Below, piece by piece: positions 1 to 9,322 of a stretch of DNA of 64,000 nt. The DNA is from an uncultured Pseudoruegeria sp. (GTDB lineage: Bacteria; Pseudomonadota; Alphaproteobacteria; Rhodobacterales; Rhodobacteraceae). Made by a program: the position numbers and the translations under genes. Each line of letters opens with the position of its first letter. The first letter of the stretch is position 1. The stretch lies in NCBI GenBank assembly GCA_947498155.1, contig CANMJD010000007.1:77703-141702 (forward strand). The letters run 5' to 3'. Under the pieces are notes generated by a model. The model was not told the origin of the DNA. It searched no databases and was given only the letters and a program-made list of their open reading frames with translations.

Positions 1-752
1 TCTTCAAGACCGACGCGAATATGGCCGCCAGCCAGCACCGCAGCCGCCACATAGGCCATTTGATCCCGTCCTAAGGAAAAGGCAGACCAGTGCCAGTCAG
101 AGGGCACGTTGTTCACCATGGCCATAAAGGTGTTCAGATCATTCGGCGCGCCCCACGGCACGCCCATACAAAGCTGCACCAAAGCATCGGGTTTCAAAAT
201 GCCTTCGGCGACCAACTGCTTGGCAAACCACAAATGTCCGGTATCAAAAGCCTCGATTTCCGGCTTCACCCCAAGATCGGTCATCATCTGCCCCATGGCA
301 CGCAACATGCCCGGCGTGTTGGTCATCACATAATCGGCTTCGGCGAAATTCATCGTGCCGCAATCCAGTGTACAAATTTCGGGCAGGCAGTCGGCAATAT
401 GGGCCATACGCGCGGCCGCGCCGATCATGTCGGTGCCATCGTTTTGCAGCGGCAATGGGGCATCTGGCGGCCCAAAAACCATATCGCCCCCCATGCCCGC
501 CGTCAGGTTCAGGACAACATCAACATCAGCGTCCCGTATCCGCTCTGTCAGCTCCCGATAGAGCGTCAGATCCCGTGCCGGTGCGCCGGTCTCTGGGTCT
601 CGCACATGGCAATGCACAATCGCCGCCCCTGCTTTGGCAGCGGCAATGGCGCTTTGTGCAATCTGTTCGGGTGAGCGTGGCACATGGGGCGAACGATCCT
701 GCGTACTGCCGGAGCCGGTCACAGCACAGGTGATAAAGACGTCTTTGGTCAT
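1..752 (-). CDS. 3-keto-5-aminohexanoate cleavage enzyme family (BKACE/DUF849) protein, C-terminus runs off the window
   Basis: My own reverse-strand translation from ATG 752 gives MTKDVFITCAVTGSGSTQDRSPHVPRSPEQIAQSAIAAAKAGAAIVHCHVRDPETG... This shows the ITCAxTG and VHxHxRD pattern of BKACE enzymes. The frame stays open to position 1. It is absent from the ORF track because no stop lies in the window. An alternative in-frame ATG is at 764. Confidence 0.75.
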   Translation of the reverse strand, partial: MTKDVFITCAVTGSGSTQDRSPHVPRSPEQIAQSAIAAAKAGAAIVHCHVRDPETGAPARDLTLYRELTERIRDADVDVVLNLTAGMGGDMVFGPPDAPLPLQNDGTDMIGAAARMAHIADCLPEICTLDCGTMNFAEADYVMTNTPGMLRAMGQMMTDLGVKPEIEAFDTGHLWFAKQLVAEGILKPDALVQLCMGVPWGAPNDLNTFMAMVNNVPSDWHWSAFSLGRDQMAYVAAAVLAGGHIRVGLE

Positions 753-901
753 CTTGAGCGGCATGGCATTTTCCTGAAAGCAACGCGATGGTGGCGTCTG
801 CAAGTCTACAGGAGCGCAAGACAGGCCCCCGTTCAACAAATATTTCAGGGCTTTGTCCCATAGATCGCCTTTCGCACCCCCTAAAAATCGTCATTATAGC
901 C

Positions 902-916
902 CGCATAAATTATGCG
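902..916. promoter_or_regulatory. 15-bp palindrome CGCATAAATTATGCG in the divergent BKACE / hydrolase promoter region
   Basis: Perfect 7-bp arms CGCATAA/TTATGCG around one central base. It lies 42 bp upstream of ATG 958. Confidence 0.35.
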
Positions 917-957
917 CCCCGATGAGCGAACCCCGACAATCAATACAGGAACGGCCT

Positions 958-1752
958 ATGAATATTCTACAGCTGCAAGACGTCGCCCTGCACTGGCGCG
1001 AAGAGGGTGATCCAGCGGGCGCGCCGATCGTCTTTGCCAATAGCCTTGGGACAGATATGCGGATTTGGGATAAAATCTTGCCGCTGTTACCCAAGGGCCT
1101 GCGGATTATCCGCTATGATATGCGCGGCCATGGCCTGTCGTCCTGTCCTGATGGCCCCTATGCGATGGGCGCTTTGGTGCGGGATGCAGAGCAGCTTCTG
1201 GATCATTTGCAGATCAGGGATTGTATCTTTGTCGGCCTATCCATCGGCGGTATGGTGGCGCAGGGATTGGCGATAAAACGGCTGGATATGATCCGCGCGC
1301 TTGTGCTTTGCAACACTGCCGCCAAAATCGGTACTCCCGCACAGTGGCAAGAGCGAATGGACACGGTCCGCGCCGGTGGCATCGAGGCCCTTGCCGATAT
1401 CACCATGGAGCGCTGGTTTACCAAAGCCTTTCGCCAGACCCCCGAAGTGACCGGCTGGCGCAATATGGTCACGCGCACCCCGCTCGAAGGGTACCTTGGC
1501 AGCTGCGCAGCGGTTTCCGGCACCGACTACTTTACGCCAACGTCTGGTCTGCGCCTGCCGACATTGGGCCTAGCTGGCAGTGATGACAGCGCCACCCCGC
1601 CTGATCTGGTCCGCGAGACTGTTGATCTTATTCCAGGCAGCATTTTTCAATTAATCCGACGGGCGGGTCACATCCCCTGCGTCGAACAACCTGAACAATT
1701 TGCCGAATACTTAGGCGATTTTATCACGGGTACAGGCCATCTTTCCGACTAA
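958..1752 (+). CDS. pcaD: alpha/beta hydrolase, 3-oxoadipate enol-lactonase-like
   Basis: Track ORF 853-1752. The conserved part begins at ATG 958 (MNILQLQDVALHWREEGDPAGAPIVFANSLGTDMRIWD...RYDMRGHGLS). It has a GLSIGG nucleophile elbow. The gene symbol is tentative. Confidence 0.7.
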   Translation: MNILQLQDVALHWREEGDPAGAPIVFANSLGTDMRIWDKILPLLPKGLRIIRYDMRGHGLSSCPDGPYAMGALVRDAEQLLDHLQIRDCIFVGLSIGGMVAQGLAIKRLDMIRALVLCNTAAKIGTPAQWQERMDTVRAGGIEALADITMERWFTKAFRQTPEVTGWRNMVTRTPLEGYLGSCAAVSGTDYFTPTSGLRLPTLGLAGSDDSATPPDLVRETVDLIPGSIFQLIRRAGHIPCVEQPEQFAEYLGDFITGTGHLSD

Positions 1753-1843
1753 ACTGTCCATCATAAGAATGACTTCGCCCAAAAATCGTCAAGGCCGTCA
1801 GAAGTTTGCTTGACATATGGCCCAGTCTGTCGTGCGCTGGGGT

Positions 1844-3265
1844 ATGACAAAACGCCCAGATTTTTTTAATGAGATGATTGATGGCGGTTCGATCCGGCCA
1901 GCCTATCAAAAAATCACCCAATGGTTCGACAGTCAGGGCGAAGAAACGCTTGCCCTGAAAAAGGCCGAAGCAGAGACCCTGTTTCGTCGGATCGGTATCA
2001 CTTTTGCGGTTTATGACGATACCGGCAATACCGAACGCCTGATCCCGTTCGACCTGATGCCGCGCGTCTTTACCGAACGCGAATGGAGCACTCTGGAACG
2101 CGGTGTGAAACAGCGCAGCCGCGCCCTGAATGCTTTTCTGTGGGATGTGTACCACCGAGGTGAAATCGTGCGCTCTGGCCGCATTCCGGCGGATCTGGTC
2201 TATAAAAACGCCGCCTATGAACCCTGTGTTGCCGGTATCGCTCCGGCGCTGAACATCTATTCCCATATTGTCGGTACCGATCTGGTGCGCACCGGACTTG
2301 ATGAGTTCTATGTGCTCGAAGATAACTGCCGCACCCCGTCTGGCGTGTCCTACATGCTGGAAAACCGCGAGATCATGATGCGCATGTGTCCGGAGCTGTT
2401 CCGCAGCGCCCGCATCGCGCCGGTGGACGGCTACCCCGATATGCTGCGCAAAACCTTACACGAGGTCGCGCCGGTCAAATGCGATGGAGAGCCGACAGCC
2501 GTCATTCTGACGCCGGGGGCGTTTAACTCGGCTTATTATGAACATTCTTTCCTTGCTGATCAGATGGGTCTCGACCTTGTCGAGGGTCAGGATTTGTTTG
2601 TCGACGGTGATTTTGTCTACATGCGCACCACGCGCGGTCCGCAGCGGGTGGATGTGATCTATCGTCGGATTGATGACTCTTTCCTTGATCCGCTGTGCTT
2701 TCGACCGGATTCCATGTTGGGCGTACCCGGATTGATGAATGTTTACCGCTCTGGCGGCGTGCAGATTTGCTCTGCCCCCGGTGCTGGCGTGGCGGATGAC
2801 AAAGCCATCTATACCTATGTGCCCGATATGGTCCGGTTTTATCTTGGCGAAGAGCCAATCCTGAAAAACGTGCCCACCTGGCGCTGTGGCGAACAGGATT
2901 CCTACAAATATGTGATGGAAAATCTGGCGGATCTCGTGGTCAAAGAGGTCCATGGCTCCGGCGGATACGGCATGTTGGTCGGACCGGCATCGACCAAGGA
3001 TGAAATTGCCTCCTTTGCCGAGCGCATCCGCAAGAATCCGCATAATTATATCGCCCAACCTACCCTTGCGTTGTCCACCAACCCGACATTCGTCGAGAGC
3101 GGGTTAGCCCCGCGCCATGTGGATCTGCGCCCCTATTGCCTGATGGGCAAAGAGGTTCGGCTGACCCCCGGTGGCTTGACCCGCGTGGCCTTGAACGAAG
3201 GTTCATTGGTTGTGAACTCGTCGCAGGGTGGCGGCGTCAAAGACACTTGGATTGTGGCGGATTGA
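1844..3265 (+). CDS. circularly permuted type-2 ATP-grasp protein (COG2308-like)
   Basis: Track ORF 1817-3265. The family-typical N-terminus MTKRPDFFNEMIDGGSIRPAY starts at ATG 1844. A TTGACA hexamer at 1810-1815 makes the 1817 start less likely. Conserved body includes YVLEDNCRTPSGVSYMLENR. First gene of the four-gene cassette. Confidence 0.8.
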   Translation: MTKRPDFFNEMIDGGSIRPAYQKITQWFDSQGEETLALKKAEAETLFRRIGITFAVYDDTGNTERLIPFDLMPRVFTEREWSTLERGVKQRSRALNAFLWDVYHRGEIVRSGRIPADLVYKNAAYEPCVAGIAPALNIYSHIVGTDLVRTGLDEFYVLEDNCRTPSGVSYMLENREIMMRMCPELFRSARIAPVDGYPDMLRKTLHEVAPVKCDGEPTAVILTPGAFNSAYYEHSFLADQMGLDLVEGQDLFVDGDFVYMRTTRGPQRVDVIYRRIDDSFLDPLCFRPDSMLGVPGLMNVYRSGGVQICSAPGAGVADDKAIYTYVPDMVRFYLGEEPILKNVPTWRCGEQDSYKYVMENLADLVVKEVHGSGGYGMLVGPASTKDEIASFAERIRKNPHNYIAQPTLALSTNPTFVESGLAPRHVDLRPYCLMGKEVRLTPGGLTRVALNEGSLVVNSSQGGGVKDTWIVAD

Positions 3266-3266
3266 T

Positions 3267-4217
3267 ATGCTGAGTAGAACCGCAGAAAGCCTATACTGGA
3301 CCTCCCGCTATATCGAGCGCGCTGAAACCACGGCCCGCTTGCTCGAAGTTGCCTATCGCATGTCGCTCACCCCCAATAGCAGCGGTGGCCATGCCAATGA
3401 ATGGGCCTCTATTCTGGCCGCCGCCGGGGTGACCGCCACCTTTGCTGAAACCGGACAAGAGCCGGATGCCGAGAACGTCACCAAATTCATGTTGTTTGAC
3501 GATCTCAACCCGTCCAGCATCAAGAATTGCATCCGATCCGCACGGGAAAATGTCCGCAGCGCCCGCCCCGCTTTGACAAGCGAAGTTTGGGAAACCCTCA
3601 ACGGTGGTTATTTACAGTTTAACGAGCTGGAAAACGGACGTGCCTCGGCCCGAGAGCTGTTGCCGATGTGTGATTGGACCAAGAGTCAGGCCGCTGCTGT
3701 GCGCGGCAGCTTTGAATCAACGCAGTTGCGTAATGAAGGTTATGATTTCTTTAATCTGGGCTATTACATCGAGCGCGCCGACAACACTGCACGGCTTTTG
3801 GATGTAAAATACTACGTGCTGCTGCCGACCATCGATATGGTAGGGGGGGGGGTGGATCAGTATCAATGGTCCACCCTGTTGCGCGCCGTCTCGGCCCGCC
3901 GTGCCTATCATTGGACCTATAGCGGGGATTATTCTCCGGAAAAAATCGCCCATTTCCTGATCCTGAACCCGTCAACACCACGGTCGCTGCTGCATTGTAC
4001 CGAGATGATCGACTTCCACCTGAGCCGCCTTGCGCGGGCTTCCGGCAGCCGTAGTCTGGCCAATCGTCAGGCCATGACGGTCTATGGAAACCTTGTCGAA
4101 ACCGACATCAGAAGCATCGTCTCGGACGGGCTTCATGAATTTCTGACCGATTTTATCGCTGAAATCCGCAAGCTGGATGAAGCAGTAAACCGGTCCTATT
4201 TGTTCTGGGGGCAATAA
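3267..4217 (+). CDS. alpha-E domain protein (COG2307/DUF403-like)
   Basis: Track ORF 3228-4217. ATG 3267 lies 1 nt after the upstream stop. The signature is duplicated: SLYWTSRYIERAETTARLLEV and FNLGYYIERADNTARLLDV. Confidence 0.8.
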   Translation: MLSRTAESLYWTSRYIERAETTARLLEVAYRMSLTPNSSGGHANEWASILAAAGVTATFAETGQEPDAENVTKFMLFDDLNPSSIKNCIRSARENVRSARPALTSEVWETLNGGYLQFNELENGRASARELLPMCDWTKSQAAAVRGSFESTQLRNEGYDFFNLGYYIERADNTARLLDVKYYVLLPTIDMVGGGVDQYQWSTLLRAVSARRAYHWTYSGDYSPEKIAHFLILNPSTPRSLLHCTEMIDFHLSRLARASGSRSLANRQAMTVYGNLVETDIRSIVSDGLHEFLTDFIAEIRKLDEAVNRSYLFWGQ

Positions 4218-5044
4218 TGCGTCTGACCATCGAACACACCACCCGCTATTCCTATGATCAGCCGCAACGGCGGATATCCCAAAGCCTGCGCATGGTGCCT
4301 GCCTCCTTTGAGGGCCAAAGGGTACTTGACTGGGAGATCTCCTGCGAGGGCGGCACAATCGGGGCCGAATTTACCGATGGCGCTGGCGATGAGGTGAAGA
4401 CCCTAACCGTTTCCGGTCCAGTGGAGCAAATTGAAATTGTGGTGCGTGGCACCGTTGAGACCGCGGACACCACTGGCATTTTGAAAAAACACAAAGAGGT
4501 GATTCACCCGACGGTCTATCTGCGCGATACGCGCCTAACCGATCCTGATGGCGGTATCCGCGTGATTGCGGCTACTGCACGCGACTCCTACCCCGACGAC
4601 CAATTGGGGCTGGCCCATGAGCTTGCACGCCAAACCGCGGAAAGGGTTGTCTATACCCCCGGCACCACGGATCAGGACGTCACCGCCACGCAGGCGCTAG
4701 AGGCCGGGATGGGCGTCTGTCAGGATCAGGCCCATGTGTTGATCTCTCTGGCCCGCTGCGCAGGTCTGCCTGCCCGCTATGTCACCGGCTATTTGCATTC
4801 CACCAGCGATGGGGCCTCGCATGAGGCCAGCCACGCCTGGGCAGAGGTTTTTGTCAAAGACATCGGATGGGTCGGTTTTGATCCGGCCAATACCTGTTGT
4901 CCTGACGAACGGCATATTCGCCTTGGATCGGGGCTTGACGCCCTAGAGGCTGCGCCTGTACGAGGGATCAGTTTTGGCAGCGGTGAAGAGACAATGGACT
5001 TTTCGCTTTCCGTGTCTCAGACCTCTTCGCAAAGCCAACAATAA
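4217..5044 (+). CDS. transglutaminase-like cysteine protease/ligase family protein
   Basis: The ATG shares 1 nt with the upstream TAA (TAATG). The Cys-His-Asp set is intact: GMGVCQDQAH, SHAWAEVF, GFDPAN. Confidence 0.8.
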   Translation: MRLTIEHTTRYSYDQPQRRISQSLRMVPASFEGQRVLDWEISCEGGTIGAEFTDGAGDEVKTLTVSGPVEQIEIVVRGTVETADTTGILKKHKEVIHPTVYLRDTRLTDPDGGIRVIAATARDSYPDDQLGLAHELARQTAERVVYTPGTTDQDVTATQALEAGMGVCQDQAHVLISLARCAGLPARYVTGYLHSTSDGASHEASHAWAEVFVKDIGWVGFDPANTCCPDERHIRLGSGLDALEAAPVRGISFGSGEETMDFSLSVSQTSSQSQQ

Positions 5045-5065
5045 TATCGGAAAGAGCGCGCGCGC

Positions 5066-5818
5066 ATGACCTACTGCGTCGGATTAATGCTGAAAGAAGG
5101 ACTTGTTCTTCTGTCTGATACCCGCACCAATGCGGGGATCGACAATATCTCTTCTTATCGGAAAACCTTCACCTTCGAGGAACCCGGAGAGCGGGCCATT
5201 GTGATCATGACGGCGGGCAGCCTGTCTGTAACCCAGACCGTGATCGCTAAACTGCAAGAGGCCATCGAGGACCCGGACGCAACACCTGCGACCTCGGTAA
5301 TGCAGGCCAATAGCATGCTGGGCGTGGCCGAGATCGTTGGCAACATGCTTTCGAGCGTGGCACAGGAAATTCGGGCAAAGATGAACAGCATGCAGCAATC
5401 TGCCTCTGCCAGCATGATCGTGGCCGGTCAACGCAAGGGCGGCACCATGCGGCTGTTTTTGATCTACCCCGAGGGCAACTTTATCGAGGCTACCGAAGAC
5501 ACGCCTTATATCCAGATCGGCGAACATAAATACGGCAAACCGATTCTGGATCGTGTGATCACCACCGACACCCCGATCAATGAAGGCCGTCTTGCGGTTT
5601 TACTTTCGATGGACAGCACCCTGCGTTCTAACCTCTCTGTTGGCATGCCGCTGGATTTGACGGTGATCAAGGCGGATGAATGCCGGATCAACGAGCGCCA
5701 GCGCATCGAAGAGGGCGACGATGAATATCGGGCCCTTTCCGATGAATGGTCCAATGCCCTACGCGATAGTTTTACGACAATCCGCAACAAGCTGATAGAG
5801 CACGACCCAGCGCTATAG
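5066..5818 (+). CDS. Anbu-type proteasome beta-subunit homologue (Ntn hydrolase, COG3484-like)
   Basis: N-terminus MTYCVGLMLKEGLVLLSDTRTNAG, with Thr directly after the initiator Met. GGAAAGAG RBS upstream. Last gene of the cassette. Confidence 0.8.
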   Translation: MTYCVGLMLKEGLVLLSDTRTNAGIDNISSYRKTFTFEEPGERAIVIMTAGSLSVTQTVIAKLQEAIEDPDATPATSVMQANSMLGVAEIVGNMLSSVAQEIRAKMNSMQQSASASMIVAGQRKGGTMRLFLIYPEGNFIEATEDTPYIQIGEHKYGKPILDRVITTDTPINEGRLAVLLSMDSTLRSNLSVGMPLDLTVIKADECRINERQRIEEGDDEYRALSDEWSNALRDSFTTIRNKLIEHDPAL

Positions 5819-5943
5819 TTGCGATCGCCCCTCCTTTGGCCGCTGCCAGAGGCTGGCGTTGCACCTTCCCAAAGCCACTTCTGCCCCATACTGTGTAAGG
5901 GTTCTTGTTGTTTGGTATTTTTCACTCAGAAAGGTAGTCCCCT

Positions 5944-6618
5944 GTGTCCTCGATCGACTGGCTTCCAATTTTCCGGGAGTTTATCACACTCTTGGTGGTG
6001 ATCGATCCTGTGGGGACGATCCCCGTATACCTCTTTGCCGTTGCCAATGTGCCTGCGCATTTGCACCGTCGCTTTGCGTTTCGCGCTGTGAGTATTGCGA
6101 CGCTTGTTCTGTTGGCGTTTCTGGTTGGGGGGCAAGTTGTCCTTGAAACCCTTGGCTTACATCTTGGCTCTTTTCAGATAGCAGGCGGTATCATCCTGTT
6201 TTTGTTTGCGCTTTCGATGATCTTTGGCGACTCCAAGCCGCAAACCGAGATCGCAGACGCCGAGCGCGATCACCTGTCCGGTGCTGTATTTCCCTTGGCG
6301 ATGCCATCCATAGCCTCCCCGGGCGCTATGTTGGCGATTGTCATCTTGACTGAGAATAGCGCCAATAATGTCGCCGACCAGACGATTACTGCCGCGCTTT
6401 TAATACTTGTGCTGCTGTTGACCCTCGCGCTGCTGCTGGCGGCGTCCTTCATCCATCGGCTGATCGGCAATACAGGAGCCTCTGTTATTTCGCGGGTCAT
6501 GGGAATCATTTTGGCAACGATTGCAGTCGATGCAATACTTGGCGGGTTTGATACGCTCAATCTTGTGGACATTGCCCCCATTGAGACCCCAAGTGCGCTG
6601 ATCGAAACCGTAGAATAG
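5944..6618 (+). CDS. MarC family (UPF0056) integral membrane protein
   Basis: GTG start. MSSIDWLPIFREFITLLVVIDPVGTIPVYLF followed by repeated hydrophobic spans typical of the MarC family. Confidence 0.75.
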   Translation: MSSIDWLPIFREFITLLVVIDPVGTIPVYLFAVANVPAHLHRRFAFRAVSIATLVLLAFLVGGQVVLETLGLHLGSFQIAGGIILFLFALSMIFGDSKPQTEIADAERDHLSGAVFPLAMPSIASPGAMLAIVILTENSANNVADQTITAALLILVLLLTLALLLAASFIHRLIGNTGASVISRVMGIILATIAVDAILGGFDTLNLVDIAPIETPSALIETVE

Positions 6619-6625
6619 CTGGTTC

Positions 6626-6658
6626 AATGCCCCGCCAAGCGCGGGGTGGCGGGGCATT
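6626..6658. terminator. bidirectional hairpin between convergent marC-like and mscS-like genes
   Basis: Perfect 12-bp stem AATGCCCCGCCA / TGGCGGGGCATT with a 9-nt loop, followed by TTT. Confidence 0.6.
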
Positions 6659-6688
6659 TCCTAAAGCAAAATGTCGTGCTGGCCGCTG

Positions 6689-8302
6689 TTAAGCTTTGCC
6701 CTTTTCAGTCGTTTTCTCCGCAACGGGAGGGATTTTCGGGATTTCAGGGTCGCCCTCATAATGCGGCGACATGATCTGCACCCCGTTTTCGGCGAAAACA
6801 TCCAGAATGTGGCTATGCAATTCAGACAAGATTTTCTGCATATATTCACCGCGTGTGGTGAACCCGTTGACTTGATAGTTCACCGCAAAATCGCCAAGCC
6901 CTGTGCGCAGCACAAAAGGGGGCGGCGTCTTTTTGATATAGTGGGTGCGGGAAAGCGCCTCCAGCAGTAACGCCTCCACCTTTTCCTGTGGCTCATCATA
7001 GCCGATACCGACGGTCGTATGGACCATCAGGCCACGTCCATCAATCTTGGTGGAATAGTTGATCACTTCGGAATTGAGCATTTGCGCATTGGGCACCGAG
7101 ATCAATTCGTTCTTCAGCGACTTTATATAGGTCTCCATCAGTTTGATCGCGACGACATCACCGGTGTGATTGCCGACTTTAATCCGGTCACCGATATTGG
7201 CGCTGCGCCGATACAGGACAAAGAGCCCAGCCATGGCGTTTGAGACCACAGAATTAGAGCCCATGGAAACCATCAATCCAAGCAGGATCGAGACCGCCTG
7301 AAAGGCCTGCGAGGAAGAGCCCGGAATATAGGGATAGCCCAAGATCAGCGCAAAAATAACCAACAGACCGCGCAGAATGTTAAAGGTCGGCCAGATCCAA
7401 TGCGCCTCGAACCCGTCAAAAGACAGGGTACCGGCCTCGATGTTATCAAAGACATTGCGCAAAAGGCGCAGCAGGTAGCGCGTGGTAAAATAGATCACCA
7501 GAAGCGTGACGAAATTTGGTGTATATCCGACGATCGACTTCAAAAGATCAAAAATCGGGTCGCTGATATAGGTGATCAGAATGGTGGCGATCGGGCGTGT
7601 TTCCACAAAGGACAACAGCACAAAAGACACGTAGTAATACACGGCCAAAAGGATCAGGCCCAAGATAAACAGCCGGACCATGACACTGATAAACTCAGAG
7701 ATGGCGCGGCCACGGATGATCTTGCTGGTGGCGGCCTGTATCTGTTTTAGCCGTTTTTCTGTTGTACGGCGGACAAAATCAGGCGCTTTCCGGCGCAGCA
7801 ACAAAAGCACATACATTGCCGCCACAAAAAGGACCGTCCATCCGGCAATTCGCGACAGGCTTTCCATCCGCGCGTCGGTGGTGCGCGCACGGCGGAATTC
7901 TAAAATGGCTGCTTTGATCGCAAGCCCATTGATCTGGGCCAGCAGCGGCAAATCGATGAATTCCAGCTCCGCGTCTTCGGGGATGAAAAACGCGACCTGT
8001 GAGCCATTTATCTGGATGCTGTATCCAAGGGCTTTATCCTCGACAACGAGGTCAATCTGGTCTTGATCACCAGCCCGTGCGACGGCTTCGATTTGGTCAA
8101 TAATCCGGTCGGCACGTTTCTGGGCCGGATAGGACTGGGTACCCCGAACGGAAAACAAGTGCTGACCATCGATAACAACATCTCCGATGCCCCCGTTAAG
8201 CTGCCCGCTTCCATCCGGCGCTCCATCGGTCTGCGCCTGTGCAACAGCCCCAAGGGCACCCCATAACATCACTGACAAAACAGCCAAAATCCGGCGCAGC
8301 AT
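6689..8302 (-). CDS. mechanosensitive ion channel (MscS family) protein with periplasmic N-terminal domain
   Basis: Signal-like N-terminus MLRRILAVLSVMLWGALGAVAQA, several TM spans, and the MscS beta-domain motif GDRIKVGNHTGDVVAIKLMETYIKSLKNELISVPN. Confidence 0.8.
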   Translation of the reverse strand: MLRRILAVLSVMLWGALGAVAQAQTDGAPDGSGQLNGGIGDVVIDGQHLFSVRGTQSYPAQKRADRIIDQIEAVARAGDQDQIDLVVEDKALGYSIQINGSQVAFFIPEDAELEFIDLPLLAQINGLAIKAAILEFRRARTTDARMESLSRIAGWTVLFVAAMYVLLLLRRKAPDFVRRTTEKRLKQIQAATSKIIRGRAISEFISVMVRLFILGLILLAVYYYVSFVLLSFVETRPIATILITYISDPIFDLLKSIVGYTPNFVTLLVIYFTTRYLLRLLRNVFDNIEAGTLSFDGFEAHWIWPTFNILRGLLVIFALILGYPYIPGSSSQAFQAVSILLGLMVSMGSNSVVSNAMAGLFVLYRRSANIGDRIKVGNHTGDVVAIKLMETYIKSLKNELISVPNAQMLNSEVINYSTKIDGRGLMVHTTVGIGYDEPQEKVEALLLEALSRTHYIKKTPPPFVLRTGLGDFAVNYQVNGFTTRGEYMQKILSELHSHILDVFAENGVQIMSPHYEGDPEIPKIPPVAEKTTEKGKA

Positions 8303-8487
8303 CTTTGTTCCCCTAACGCTTTTGTTGGCTCACATTAGCCAAGAAGCGCGGAAGATGTCTGCAAAATAGATCAAGACAACTGCCCCATTTGCCAAACAGA
8401 CCCGCCACTATGGCGAGTCTGCCGCAGTTTTACCTGACAAAGCGCCGCTGCCACCTGATCCGCACGGCGATGACCGGAGGCTGGTCT

Positions 8488-9234
8488 TTAAGAAGGGCGC
8501 CCCAATTGCATAACGATCCGGCCTTCAGCGCCCCGCAACAACAGGCCCGCGCCGGTGATTTCATAAGAAACCACAGTGGACAGCGCCTGTTGGAAATCCT
8601 GTTCAAGTTTATCGTAGGGGGCCGGACAGGCCATTTGCGTTACCGCCGCCTGACCGAAAGCCAGCGCGCTGCCCTCTTGGGTATAGGTGCCAGAAAACCG
8701 GTTGCAGCCCGAAAAGCCGGACACATTGCCTTGCCGTTCAAAGGTCATTGTCGGGGGACGGTCCACAATCAGGATCGGCCCGCCAAACCCTGTGACGATC
8801 CATTCACCAGCCAAATCATCGTCTGTAAGGGGCATTTCCGCGCTGACCTGTTCCACCATGACATCGACGTTTTGCCCCGCCCCTCGTGTTAAGGCTGGCG
8901 TCATGGTGGTGGTGCGATAGAGTGTTTTACCTTCAACGATAATCTCCGCCTGCACCGCATAGGTCATACGCGCGTCGATCAGGGCATCGTCATAGACAAG
9001 TTCATAGGCAATCGGCACCTGCCCTGTCAGCGCAATTCGTTTGGCGGCAAGCTGGGTGGCGGCCACATCCATTTTGGAAACATCCATCAGCCTCACGTCA
9101 ATGACAGCCGTGGGCGGCAAGGCCATACGGTCCTTTTTGAGGATGGACCCGCTTAGGGTCTGATCAGCGGCAAACACCGGCAGCGCCCCGAGTGCTGTCA
9201 GTGCACAAGCGCCAAGAATCGCTGTAATCCGCAT
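8488..9234 (-). CDS. secreted YbaY-like / META (HslJ-like) domain protein
   Basis: Signal peptide MRITAILGACALTALGALPVFA. C-terminal META-type motif FSGCNRFSGTYTQEGSALAFGQAAVTQMAC. Confidence 0.65.
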   Translation of the reverse strand: MRITAILGACALTALGALPVFAADQTLSGSILKKDRMALPPTAVIDVRLMDVSKMDVAATQLAAKRIALTGQVPIAYELVYDDALIDARMTYAVQAEIIVEGKTLYRTTTMTPALTRGAGQNVDVMVEQVSAEMPLTDDDLAGEWIVTGFGGPILIVDRPPTMTFERQGNVSGFSGCNRFSGTYTQEGSALAFGQAAVTQMACPAPYDKLEQDFQQALSTVVSYEITGAGLLLRGAEGRIVMQLGRPS

Positions 9235-9322
9235 GGTGATATTCCTTTTCGGTTTCTTAAGGTTGCGCCCGTCGCAAAGCCTGAGCCCCTAACCTAGGTA
9301 TCTTCCCTGGCGTCTGACAAGC

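Noticed and set aside
90-674. 194-aa plus-strand ORF and nested ORFs at the left edge
   Set aside because: The opposite strand encodes a clear BKACE enzyme that is open to the window edge. The plus-strand ORFs are shadows.
8325-8342. Inverted repeat TTGGCT-cacatt-AGCCAA upstream of the MscS gene
   Set aside because: The arms are only 6 bp, so it is easily a chance occurrence. There is no second copy or partner regulator.
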